DNA from: Ruditapes philippinarum
Taxonomy: Eukaryota
DNA: 64,000 nucleotides
Direction: 5' to 3'
Assembly (NCBI RefSeq): GCF_026571515.1
Contig: NW_026854566.1
Span: forward strand, 186,001-250,000
The notes beneath the pieces were generated by a model. That model saw only the letters and a list, made by a program, of their open reading frames with translations, ran no database searches and was not told where the DNA came from. Positions 44,901 to 53,824 of this stretch are shown here, piece by piece; the first letter of the stretch is position 1; each line of letters begins with the position of its first letter. The position numbers and the translations under genes are program-made.

Positions 44901-47900
44901 GCGCTACTAAACTTCGTTTTCGAATCTTAGATATCTACTTAGGCGATAGCTTTTACTACTGTTAGAAACGTTTCTTTTTTCATTGAGAAGATGTGGCAGA
45001 TTGTTGTGCTTTTTCCGGCTTTATTGCGCAAGAGCAAGAGTTAGAAATACGTTAAACATGATCTTATCTTCGACGTTGCTTGTTTGTAGTTATATTTTAA
45101 ATGTTACAAAATAAACTGTAAATAAAATGTATATACAATGTTATATAAATAGCTGAAAAATATCTAATTGTACAAGATTTCATCAACATCTTTCGATTAT
45201 TAGTTCGAACCTCATGCTACTGTTGGTTTTGCCTTCTTTACGACTTTCATATAGAGGGCAGTTATTTATGGACAATTCGTTTAAAAAAACGAAGATCAAA
45301 ACCTTTCAGTTAGATCAGCGGAAAATTCTTTTGATTTCCTGAATTTAATATCATTTCATTGACGTGACAAAATTTAATGTTGTCTAAAGCCCAAGTTGTG
45401 GAAATATAATGGTCGAAATGTCCGCCATGTTTTTTACTTAAATCCTGCTATGTTCAAACGTTGCTAACTCTATCCCCAAAATAAAAAAATTGAAGTAGGA
45501 CCATTACATTATGATTATATATTACTGCTCATCCAGCTTAACGTTGCCACATATGTTTTGTTGTTATAAGTTATAAATATTTGTCTTGGATCATTCTTAA
45601 GAAATATCAAAGGCAGATTTTACATCTATAAGCAGATAAGATAAGAGAAGAGAAAAAATTTGGTAAGATATAAAAAAAAATGTTATGAACGTGATTTTCA
45701 CAAAAAGCATGTGCAACAGCTTGCCTCACAATACATGTTTTATAATTTTTAACATAATATTTGATTATATATTTGCATGAAAATTATATTATCTTACAAG
45801 ATGATTTATATCATTTATTTTTAATCAATATTTTTTGCTTTTGATAATTATTGCCACACTCTTTACTCCTTGGTAATTTAATACCAAAAGCATGTGAGAA
45901 AAGTATGTCTGTCTAACAATATATGGGCTTTATGTAATACTTGCACGAGATTAGAATGGGTGTCACAATAATTAGGTCACGAGAATTAGGTCACAAGAAT
46001 TAGGTCACGAGAATTAGGTCACGAAACATGTAATAATTTCACGTCCCGTAAGTATTTTCGAGCGCATGATTTTGTTTTGGCATTTTGAGACTAAGGATAT
46101 AAGTATGATATTAATATTTTTACAAGTAATTTGTCTATAAACACTCTTGAAATATGACCAAACATGTGTTGGATAGTGTTTTAGATAGTAGATAGATAAT
46201 AGGGCATGTGGAAAGCTTTATGTAAAATTGTATCTTGATAAATCATTTAGCTAGTTTTATATTTTCTTTAAAAATATGCGGTAAAATGAGACAAACAGTC
46301 AGTTACAAATAGTTTATTAGATTTCCAATTGAAAACAAATAGTAATGATATAACTATTTTGATGTCTGGGTGGATTTTTACCGACAAGATAAATAGATTT
46401 CTAACATGTAAAAGAAAATCCGCTTCTGTTGCGAGATTCGAACCAATACAGGTCTGGGGCAATTACTTTAATCAGCGACACTAAATCATTGTAAGCAACA
46501 GATGCCGTTTTAATATTTTCGAAGAAAAAAAATGTTTTAAAATAAATGATGAAAAAAAATACACTGTCGACTTCTCTGTTATAAAATTAGATCATTTTGC
46601 TCCATGAATTCCAAAAATAGTCAAAAAAAAGAAAACCCAGAGGATCGCCCAGCACAACAAAATTGAAAATGTTGCAGACTCGTTTTTGTTCACGGACGGA
46701 CGTGTTACGTACCAGAAAACTCCTGCTCAGTGGTGCCCCTTTGCTTCGCTACACATCCAATCAAATCTGAGGCACTAGCTCAGTCGGTATAGAAGAATAT
46801 CTAATCCATAGAATGACAGGGCAAACTTTATTCGAATTTGTTCCCCAAAATATTGCATTTAAATGTTTAATTTGTATAGATATAAATTTAGATAACATGG
46901 GAAATTATTTTTATGATTTATTTCTGCAGGAAATTGGCCAAGTCAACGTTAGTCCTTATTCCTTTATTTGGGGTCCATTACATCGTGTTCATTGGCCTAC
47001 CAGATGACGTTGATGAAACTACCGAATTAGTGAAACTATACTGGGAAATGTTCTTCAATTCTTTCCAGGTTATTTTATTATCATTAGTTATAGTAGTTCC
47101 ATTATGATCATAATTGTTATAGTNNNNNNNNNNNNNNNNNNNNNNNNNNNNNNNNNNNNNNNNNNNNNNNNNNNNNNNNNNNNNNNNNNNNNNNNNNNNN
47201 NNNNNNNNNNNNNNNNNNNNNNNNNNNNNNNNNNNNNNNNNNNNNNNNNNNNNNNNNNNNNNNNNNNNNNNNNNNNNNNNNNNNNNNNNNNNNNNNNNNN
47301 NNNNNNNNNNNNNNNNNNNNNNNNNNNNNNNNNNNNNNNNNNNNNNNNNNNNNNNNNNNNNNNNNNNNNNNNNNNNNNNNNNNNNNNNNNNNNNNNNNNN
47401 NNNNNNNNNNNNATGTTATATTTACAAAATTTATAATCCAAATTGTCATCATTTTCTTTGTTATGGAACTTATATTTCAAAAACAGTATGATCACATTTA
47501 TCATTAAAAAAATATATTTCATGTAGATCTATACCTTGTAAATATAACATTATTTTTTTTAAAATCAGTTCTTCAAAAGATGTCCAAATCCGTCTTTATT
47601 CAACCAGATATTATAATTTTTTAATCAGTAAGTGTCCAGAACACGGACATAGTAAAGATTGTCTACAGCATACCGACCAATATTATATGACATCATAAAC
47701 ACAATACAGCTGGTAATTAATGGTAATAGACTCATCACTTAAACCAATTCTAGCAACAACCGCATCGACTATCTCTAGAAAAAAATAATCTAGCTTTAAA
47801 GAACACCTTAAAGACAAGAAAGTATTTTCAATAATTGGCGGACAATTCTCTTTTTATATTTTTTTTCAGGGTTTCCTAGTCAGTCTGTTGTTCTGTTTTC

Positions 47901-48933
47901 TAAACGGAGAGGTAAAGAAGCACATCCATTTCAGACTTTTGTAATTCGTTAACATGTTCTTCAAAAAATCCCAGATAGTTTTTTCTAAAGTTATTGAGAT
48001 GGTTTTGTATGTAGGCTATACCATACAGCGCAAACTGTCTTTATATGGTCCATTAGTTGTCGGTATAGCTGAGTTACGGACGGTGAGCGACAATTTTTGC
48101 CGTAAATTGAACGTGTGGAAATCTGTTTAGTCTGAAATCAGAATACAATCTTGCCATGTGTTATAGATGTACTCAAGTTTGAAAATAACTGGATAACTAT
48201 TGTATCCTGCAGTCAGTAGACTTCGTGTCTTTCTATCAAAAGACTTGATAAACGTAGAATTTTCATTATAGTTTCGGTGGCTACTACATATTATAATTTA
48301 TTTAATCACGGACAATTTAGAAGTAAAGTTTTAGCCTAATTTGAACACAGAGCATTTCTACATCATAAAAACAACAACTTTCAATTCGTTCTTCTTTCAT
48401 GGAGTGTAAAAAGCACAAGATGTAAATTGAGCTCTTTAACACAGTACGTTTCTGTATAAATACCAGTTTTATATATATTATATAGACAGCAGCTATTTTA
48501 TTACGTGTTCATGCGAACAAAAATCGACAGTTCTGATTCTATTTTAAAGGTACAAACAGAAATAAAGAAGAAATGGAAACGTTACATAATAAAGCGCGGT
48601 GGAAGTGGATTCAGACGGGCGGGACGAGAAACTATGACGTCATATGTCTCACGCGCGCGCGGTTCTGTTGCGTCAACAAGTGCCACAATGGAAAAAGACA
48701 TACCAAATGGCAAAACACGGAACAACACAGATAAAAATACTCTTAACGGGGGCTCGTCTTCAGATAATTCAGTACATAATGAACAAAATGGACTTGTTAT
48801 AGGCGACCATGAAGCCCACCCGATGATTGAAATAACTCCACCTGCCGCGCAGCATTACAGAAACGAAGATTCGCCATTAATGTTTAACAATAATGAAAAC
48901 ATAAAACATGAAGAGCCACTAACCAAAGATTGA
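8910..48933 (+). CDS. Class B1 (secretin-family) GPCR, parathyroid hormone receptor-like; spliced gene, ~518 aa
   Basis: 13 coding segments with AG/GT boundaries and compatible phases sum to 1557 nt. Hormone-binding ECD with Cys/Trp pattern ([17 protein letters not shown]...GEW..W.N...C) and 7TM signatures [75 protein letters not shown]. The TM6/TM7 wording is closest to PTH-type receptors. Confidence 0.93.
10101..10452. mobile_element. Possible decayed TTAA-type non-autonomous element
   Basis: ttaa|aggagcttcactc ... gagttgaggtcct|tgaa: 10/13 inverted match, imperfect right TSD. Confidence 0.3.
14026..14125 (+). CDS. GPCR exon: ECD N-terminal helix [33 protein letters not shown]
   Basis: tttcag acceptor and gtaagt donor; open frame with the first conserved Cys. 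The phase-1 end (G) joins AC at 33814 to give Asp. Confidence 0.8.
17148..17278. repeat. Inverted repeat, ~57 bp arms with a 16-nt loop
   Basis: aacttattgaatgttgtattgaatatttag..gatatggtgagtagcaattt / aaattgcttcttaccatatc..ctaaatattcaatacaacattcaataagtt. Confidence 0.9.
18712..18816 (+). mobile_element. Decayed fragment of a second SINE-like family (3' part)
   Basis: cctgaaataatggcacgga..ggtcttcctccacaagtaaagctggaa..ctgtgtcggtgcgac, shared with 38148-38270 and with 51440-51580 on the reverse strand. Confidence 0.6.
20265..20318. repeat. 20-bp tandem repeat atttatttgtccttagtgta, ~2.7 copies
   Basis: Read directly from the sequence. Confidence 0.85.
21202..21779. mobile_element. PIF/Harbinger-type MITE (578 bp)
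   Basis: TIR core CCCAGTTACACAGA / TCTGTGTAACTGGG; TAA target duplication at 21199-21201 and 21780-21782; interior rich in ATCGG repeats. Confidence 0.8.
30047..30179. repeat. Minisatellite, ~19-bp unit aaagggaaacttatccaaa, 6-7 copies
   Basis: Visible tandem array; it explains ORF 30011..30205. Confidence 0.85.
33814..33924 (+). CDS. GPCR exon: [40 protein letters not shown]
   Basis: Class B hormone-receptor motif CxxxWDxxxCWP; cag and gtaagt boundaries. Confidence 0.95.
34859..34992 (+). CDS. GPCR exon: [48 protein letters not shown]
   Basis: RxCxxxGxW...WxNxxxC motif; ctacag and gtatga boundaries; phase fits both neighbours. Confidence 0.95.
35927..36141 (-). mobile_element. tRNA-derived SINE with 16-bp target-site duplication
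   Basis: The minus strand reads ggcggcatggccgagtggttaacg (A box)..gggttcaaaccc (B box)..ccttgagcaagaaacttt..ggttggttccaggaacggattcg. Flanks are acaaaggacatatttg (35911-35926) and acaaaggaaatatttg (36142-36157). Confidence 0.88.
36614..36698. repeat. Interrupted (CAT)n microsatellite
   Basis: Read directly from the sequence. Confidence 0.8.
37159..37253 (+). CDS. GPCR exon: TM1 [32 protein letters not shown]
   Basis: YxxGYxxSLxSL class B TM1 motif; tttcag and gtaaga boundaries. Confidence 0.95.
38148..38270 (+). mobile_element. Decayed fragment of the second SINE-like family
   Basis: cttacggaacgtgggtggt..cctgaaataatgcacggag..ttcctccactagtaaa..tggtgcgtcgtga matches 18712-18816. Confidence 0.6.
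39519..39687 (+). CDS. GPCR exon: ICL1/TM2/ECL1 [28 protein letters not shown]...EDSS
   Basis: RLHCxRNxIHxNLF signature; tttcag and gtacgt boundaries. Confidence 0.95.
41270..41446. repeat. Degenerate minisatellite with core ttattgtaaattgcgag
   Basis: About 8 imperfect copies just upstream of the TM3 exon. Confidence 0.75.
41519..41675 (+). CDS. GPCR exon: TM3/ICL2/TM4 start [30 protein letters not shown]...FGW
   Basis: NYxWxxxEGxYLH signature; ttcag and gtaagt boundaries. Confidence 0.95.
42250..42310 (+). CDS. GPCR exon: TM4 [21 protein letters not shown]
   Basis: GxP...W motif; 61-bp exon with tttcag and gtaagt boundaries. Confidence 0.93.
43683..43752 (+). CDS. GPCR exon: ECL2/TM5 [23 protein letters not shown]
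   Basis: CW...WxIRGP motif; tacag and gtaagt boundaries. Confidence 0.93.
43858..44033 (+). mobile_element. tRNA-derived SINE, same family as 35927-36141
   Basis: ggcggcgtgacgaagtggttaacgcatcggactagtaatct..gggttcaaaccctg..gagcaagaaactt..ggttggttccaaggacggattcgag..cgaactaaaat. Confidence 0.85.
44779..44870 (+). CDS. GPCR exon: TM5/ICL3 [31 protein letters not shown]
   Basis: NFxxFxNIIRVLxxKL motif; tttcag and gtatgt boundaries. Confidence 0.95.
45970..46024. repeat. 14-bp tandem repeat aattaggtcacgag x4
   Basis: Read directly from the sequence. Confidence 0.9.
46930..47068 (+). CDS. GPCR exon: TM6/ECL3/TM7 [20 protein letters not shown]...[10 protein letters not shown]
   Basis: KSTLVLxPLFGVHY signature of PTH-receptor-like proteins; ctgcag and gttatt boundaries. 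Confidence 0.96.
47124..47412. other. Assembly gap (N run) in a GPCR intron
   Basis: Ns in the sequence. Confidence 1.
47870..47911 (+). CDS. GPCR exon: TM7 [14 protein letters not shown]
   Basis: 42-bp exon typical of class B1 genes; tttcag and gtaaag boundaries. Confidence 0.95.
48550..48933 (+). CDS. GPCR last coding exon: helix 8 and C-tail [12 protein letters not shown]...EPLTKD*
   Basis: VQxEIKKxW motif completes NGEVQ; acceptor ttttaaag; stop TGA 48931-48933; AATAAA at 48953-48958. Confidence 0.93.
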   Translation, partial: VQTEIKKKWKRYIIKRGGSGFRRAGRETMTSYVSRARGSVASTSATMEKDIPNGKTRNNTDKNTLNGGSSSDNSVHNEQNGLVIGDHEAHPMIEITPPAAQHYRNEDSPLMFNNNENIKHEEPLTKD

Positions 48934-50619
48934 ATAGATATGCTCTCATATAAATAAAGGTATTCATCTTCCCGGAACTGATGCCGATTACACAGTTACG
49001 TCAGTTCCTGTTTATATTTTTCTTATCTGTGATAGACACACGTGTTTAAACGTGAATTTGGTAACAAAGATATTATCTTATGATTTATATACATAGAGTC
49101 AGTGATGATTTCACCAAAATGTGGCATCATGAATAGTAGATAAACCTACAGAAGATAGGTGGCGTAATTAAGAGGTGCATATTTTGGCGCTAAAATTACG
49201 GCCACATAAAAAAGTGCATAGATCTGTCTTCGAGCTTTGAACAAAGGTTGCTTAACAATGATAGCACAAACGGACTTTCAAGTCATGATGAGATGATATA
49301 ACAATATGCTAACGTACTCGAATGAATATAGAAATACCACACATCCTAAGTAAATCTAAAATATAAATTTTGTCTTTTTGTGTGTTATTAATTAAAAATG
49401 AAGTAGCAAGTAATGCTGTACAGTAATTGTTATATATGATAGCGTTCACGGATTTTATAGTAGCATTGCACTGTGTTCTATGTTTTTATAGATCTTATAC
49501 AGAGATGATTTAAATTGTAAACAGATGTTTCTTAATTGTAAAGGTGCCCGTGATGTTACCGTAGTAAATTGCGGTAAATGGTTTAAAAAAAAAGTTCACC
49601 AAAAATACACCTTTACCGTACATATACAGAAGTATGATAATGTGCACGGATCAAAACTGGTATGGTTATCTAGTTATCCACTTCAATTTATTGGGCGTAT
49701 TTCTGGCAATGTAAATAGAAAGAAATAGTGTAGATAACTATAATTCTTCTTTGGCGGGATAAAAGATTAATAATTTTGTGATTTAATTTTATTGAATTCA
49801 CAAAATTTATTACCTAGGATCTAAAACACCATTTCTTTACTGCTATTAAGTAAATGAGGTCGTCGCTGTTAATGGTGGTCCGTTGGGATCATCGTTCTTT
49901 CAACACACGGATAGGTGTTTCTATGTTACGATTGTACGATGGCCCAAATGAAACACCATACTTTACACTACTATCTTAGCGTGTACGAAGACAAAAGTTT
50001 GATGGACTAAATAATACTCTATATATTATAATCATTGTTGTTAATTTATGAACATTGTGTATATAAATATGTATTATTTATGGTTTTACATTTCAGAATT
50101 TTATAAATAAATAAAATTATTGAAAATTCTTATATGTTTTTCACTTGAATTCCTTAATATGAAGCCCTACCAGGAAATATCCTTTTTGATATCATTTATA
50201 TTTACGTTTCGACACAGGATGTCCAATTGTGACAGATTCGGTGCTTTTCTCACAGATGCTTCAATATACAAATTTTTTTTTTTTTCCAAATCCAGTAAAA
50301 GAAATTTACTGTCTAATCTCGAGAAAAAGGTAAATATTATATACAAGTAATTTTAGTCAACAATTTTATTCAGAAGAGCTGATATAAAGATAATGGTCTT
50401 AAGCGACGGGTGCTCGTCAAGAGGTATTTAGGTTACAAAGTACTAAACTTAGATATTTCAGTACTTCCGGTCTAGACTTGAGATAATGGCAGGAAATCAT
50501 GAATCCCCGTTATTTCCATAGTCCCCTGACTGTTAGCTGTTAGGCTTGTACATAAAAACATTGCAATGGAAGCTTTTTTCTGTACTTTTATATTTCAACA
50601 AGCTGATAGGTTGTGTTAA

Positions 50620-50978
50620 AGGGACTCCATTGAGTGTTTTTGCCATGAAGGGACATGAAACATATTTCAAAGATTTATGTACCATTTGATGTAAGTCTAG
50701 ACCAATATCTTGTTTACAAATAGTCTGATCATTCCTTTACCCAATTTGCCTGACTAATCGTTTTTATTGTGCCAAATGACCCAAAAATGAAAAGCTTCGT
50801 AACGCCTTTCACTCAAATCGTGCTAAGAATTGAACAAAAACTCGGTATTCAATTTAATAATGAGTATATTTTTAAATTATTCTTTGTAGATGTTTCGATA
50901 AGAAGCGTTTTAAATTATCTATTTATGTAAAAAAATCAAAGTTTATGTGTTTAGGCTTTTAACCTCTTCGGAGCTCCT
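50620..50978. mobile_element. Possible TTAA-flanked (Kolobok/piggyBac-type) non-autonomous element
   Basis: ttaa|agggactcc ... ggagctcct|ttaa: 7/9 inverted match with TTAA on both sides. Confidence 0.42.
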
Positions 50979-51195
50979 TTAAACTGTCACTTAGTAGAGA
51001 ACACATTCCATAAAAAAATCTAATTCCCATTTATATGGCCAGCAAAATACCAATATGAAAATAGGCGAGTGAATATAAATTGGGACTATGTGTAAAAGGT
51101 TTGTGAAAATAGTGTGCTTAATATAAAGTTTCATTTACATGTAGTATTTTCTGTCGATTATTCAGTATGTATAATTCTCGCGGTATTTATATATA

Positions 51196-51427
51196 TTTGA
51201 GCCGTGTCAAGACAAAACCAACATAGTGCGTTTGCGACCAGCATGGATCCAGACCAGCCTGCGCATCCGCGCAGTCTGATCAGGATCCATGCTGTTCGCT
51301 TACCAACTCTATTACAAGTAGAGAAACTGATAGCGAACAGCATGGATCCTGATCAGATGGGCAGGCTGGTCTGGATCCATGCTGGTCGCAAACCCACAAT
51401 GTTGGTTTTGTCGTGACGCGGCTCATT
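51196..51427. mobile_element. Palindromic MITE (~230 bp fold-back) flanked by TA
   Basis: tgagccgtgtcaagacaaaaccaacat..gcgaccagcatggatccagaccagcctgc..ctgatcaggatccatgctgttcgct is mirrored by agcgaacagcatggatcctgatcag..gcaggctggtctggatccatgctggtcgc..atgttggttttgtcgtgacgcggctca. Confidence 0.9.
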
Positions 51428-51439
51428 TATGTCAAGTCA

Positions 51440-51580
51440 CACCGCCACTGTGAACATCATACGGCTACTTTCTAATTTCAATACTGGAGAACAAAATTCT
51501 GATGACATTACGGGCATTCTTTTGACAAAAGCGGGCACCTGTGTAGAACCACAAACTTTACATTAGCAACTGGATACTTT
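51440..51580 (-). mobile_element. Decayed fragment of the second SINE-like family, reverse orientation
   Basis: gcgggcacctgtgtagaaccac..agcaactgga resembles the reverse complement of the body seen at 38148-38200. Confidence 0.45.
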
Positions 51581-51741
51581 CGAATCAACACTGGTGTAGT
51601 GCCAGTTGAAGGACAAAGAAATTGACACTCGGCAAACTTCACCAGTCACCCCAACAGGTAGATTTATATCCAAACTTTTACCTCAGTATAGTCTTAATTC
51701 ATAACAAAACATTAATTTTACACATTTTATTTTTTAAACAT

Positions 51742-52338
51742 AGACTCAGTGTGGCAATACCACGTGACCGTGACGTCATTTTTGGCATTATTTCCAAGAG
51801 AAAAACCGCTCGCTTCAAACAAGAAAATAGCCGTAAGTATTTTATTTCTGCACCAATTTCTATGGGAAATGCACCAGTCTACGGGAAAAAATATTAGCTT
51901 TCCGCGGAATATTAGATCTCAATCAGTAGATGAGCCATTTTATCAAACACTTTGCCTAACCTTAGAAGTTGTTTGTATACGAGCGGACTGCAGTTGCAAG
52001 CAACTTTGTTTTTTGCATTACCTGATCTATACGATGATTTAAAGACCACTTTAACATCAACCGGGAATATCGAAGGCAAAATCCTGCCTAAATATTTCTA
52101 TTTTGTTACAATTTATTGCGTAAATCTTACATTTTCTTCAATTTTCAATTCTGGCACCAGTTCCAAGCCAAAATAAACGGACTACAGTTTAAAGCAGTTT
52201 TCAGAATTGACTGAAAATACGAAGCAGCGTGCATACTTTTACTTTTACATTATTATGTTAACCACCGAAACCAATTTTTATTAACCAAACGACGTTTATT
52301 CTTAAAAGCGTATGCGTTTTTCTTTTTAAAATTTTACT
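51742..52338 (+). repeat. Left terminal inverted repeat (~597 bp)
   Basis: ctcagtgtggcaataccacgtgaccgtgacgtca...ctttttaaaattttact is the reverse complement of 61061-61646, apart from roughly a dozen substitutions and one ~10 bp indel near 51954-51963. Mirror-image ORFs in the ORF track agree. Confidence 0.97.
51761..51838 (+). promoter_or_regulatory. Putative TIR promoter/leader: E-box CACGTG, CRE TGACGTCA and splice donor GTAAGT (51833-51838); mirrored at 61550-61627
   Basis: The motifs are read directly in both TIRs. Both internal genes have an acceptor just before their coding start and no other obvious upstream exon. Confidence 0.5.
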
Positions 52339-52502
52339 TGCCGCGCTTTATCTAACTTTGATGGTCGTAAAATTGGCCTCTGTTCAATGAAATTTATTTG
52401 CTCGTTCGTAATTACACAGGCATGATTGTGCAAGCAATACCAGTTACTTGTTTCGCACTCATGAATGGAGTCAAATCAAACAAATTCAGGGCTCCGTTTA
52501 CA

Positions 52503-52858
52503 TATAGAGAGGATATTAAATGAATGTAAGTTAAATACTGAATTTATTGCAGCAGTTGAATAAAATTATATTATGCTAGCCTTTGGTGAGCATAATATCA
52601 TTTTATTCAACGAGTTCAATAAATTCAGTAATGAACTTACACGAATTTAATATTCTATTTATGACACACCCAAAATAAAGACCGGTTAAAGTGAAATAGA
52701 GTCATTTTTCACTGGCGCGCCTATATAGTATAACGCTGACATTTAGCGCGTCTTTACACTATGTTTGTATAACGCTAATGACGTCACGTCAAAATATATG
52801 CACGGCCGTGCAATTACATTTTTACGGAGTCGCAAAATCGGCACGGGTGTGTGATAAA
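52503..52858. mobile_element. Small non-autonomous repeat nested in the transposon: ~150 bp hairpin followed by a second short inverted-repeat pair
   Basis: tactgaatttattg..gttgaataaaat..atattatgct pairs with agcataatat..attttattcaac..caataaattcagta; ttatgacacaccc (52659) pairs with gggtgtgtgataa (52846-52858). Confidence 0.55.
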
Positions 52859-52942
52859 TTTAAATATTTAGGCACACAGTTTGAAGTTGTTTAAATCTCT
52901 TTCTTATCTTATGCAATATATCGTGTTTTCTCCTATTTCAGA

Positions 52943-53824
52943 ATGGCTGACAACACATTTGTATGCTCTCAATGCGGGAAAGGTTTCAAGTATAAAAGAA
53001 ATCTAAGAACTCATGAACGTGGACATTCTGGGACGCTACCTTTCACATGCTGTGGAAAGGGATTTGCTTCATCGCGAGAGTTGGAAAGCCACAGGTAATT
53101 CTTTCAGTGTTATTTTTGCAAAGAGTTACTTTAACCTTCAATTATACATATACATGTACTAGGAAAAACTGCAACAGTGCTTTTGTACGTTAGATTCAAG
53201 TTTTTTTATAACGTTTACGTTGTTAATGAAGATTAATATAAAGGAAGTTTCATATCATGAAGTGGATAAAATCTCGTTCCGCCAGAATATCGTGAATATT
53301 TACATGAGTACATACTGCTATAAAATGGAATTAACACATTTTTTTTAGAAACTGCCATAATTAATAGTGTTTCAGAAACTAAACTTGATAAATTATGTGA
53401 CACCGTTTCCCACATATTATTAGAGTGTGTATATGTAGCACTTCAATTGTAAAGGTAAATACATTATTATGGTCAAATTTTCCGTTGGTTTTTTTTCTCT
53501 TCAGTTGTACACATTTAAATTTTATTTTATAGATACTCTGTCCATGATGAAACCAAAAAGTTCGTCTGCAAGACATGTGGAAAAGACTTTGCCAGGGCCC
53601 AGACACTTGCTTTACACGAATCTAGGGAAGCAAGAAATAAAATGTGTACGTGTGATGTGTGTGGTCACAATGCAGTCACCAAAGATGACCTAAAGGTTCA
53701 TCTGGTCACACACAGTGAAGACAGAAGACACGGGTGTCATGTGTGCGGATAGAGATATAAACACAGTAGTTCTGTGTATAAACATGTAAAGAAGACGCAT
53801 AATACTGATCAAAATAACAATTAG
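52943..53824 (+). pseudogene. C2H2 zinc-finger gene inside the transposon; exons 52943-53094 and 53533-53824; five fingers, premature TAG in finger 5
   Basis: MADNTFVCSQCGKGFKYKRNLRTHERGH SGTLPFTCCGKGFASSRELESH R YSVH..FVCKTCGKDFARAQTLALH..CDVCGH..LKVHLVTH..CHVCG*RYKHSSSVYKHVKKTH. Phase-2 GT-AG intron; stop at 53750-53752; AATAAA at 53865-53870. Fingers 2 and 3 are atypical. Confidence 0.88.

Noticed and set aside
47088-47522. ORFs containing X runs (also 55849..56169 and 62309..62752)
   Set aside because: Artefacts of translating through N gaps.
51158-51416. ORFs MSRQNQH...MDPDQPAHPRSLIRIHAVR and its reverse
   Set aside because: Translations of a palindromic MITE, not genes.
51622-52176. 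ORFs 51622..51897, 51749..52042 and 51952..52176, and the mirrors of the latter two at 61222..61458 and 61433..61795
   Set aside because: The shared peptides arise only because these ORFs lie in the TIRs. They have no domain features, and an indel between the TIRs breaks their frames.
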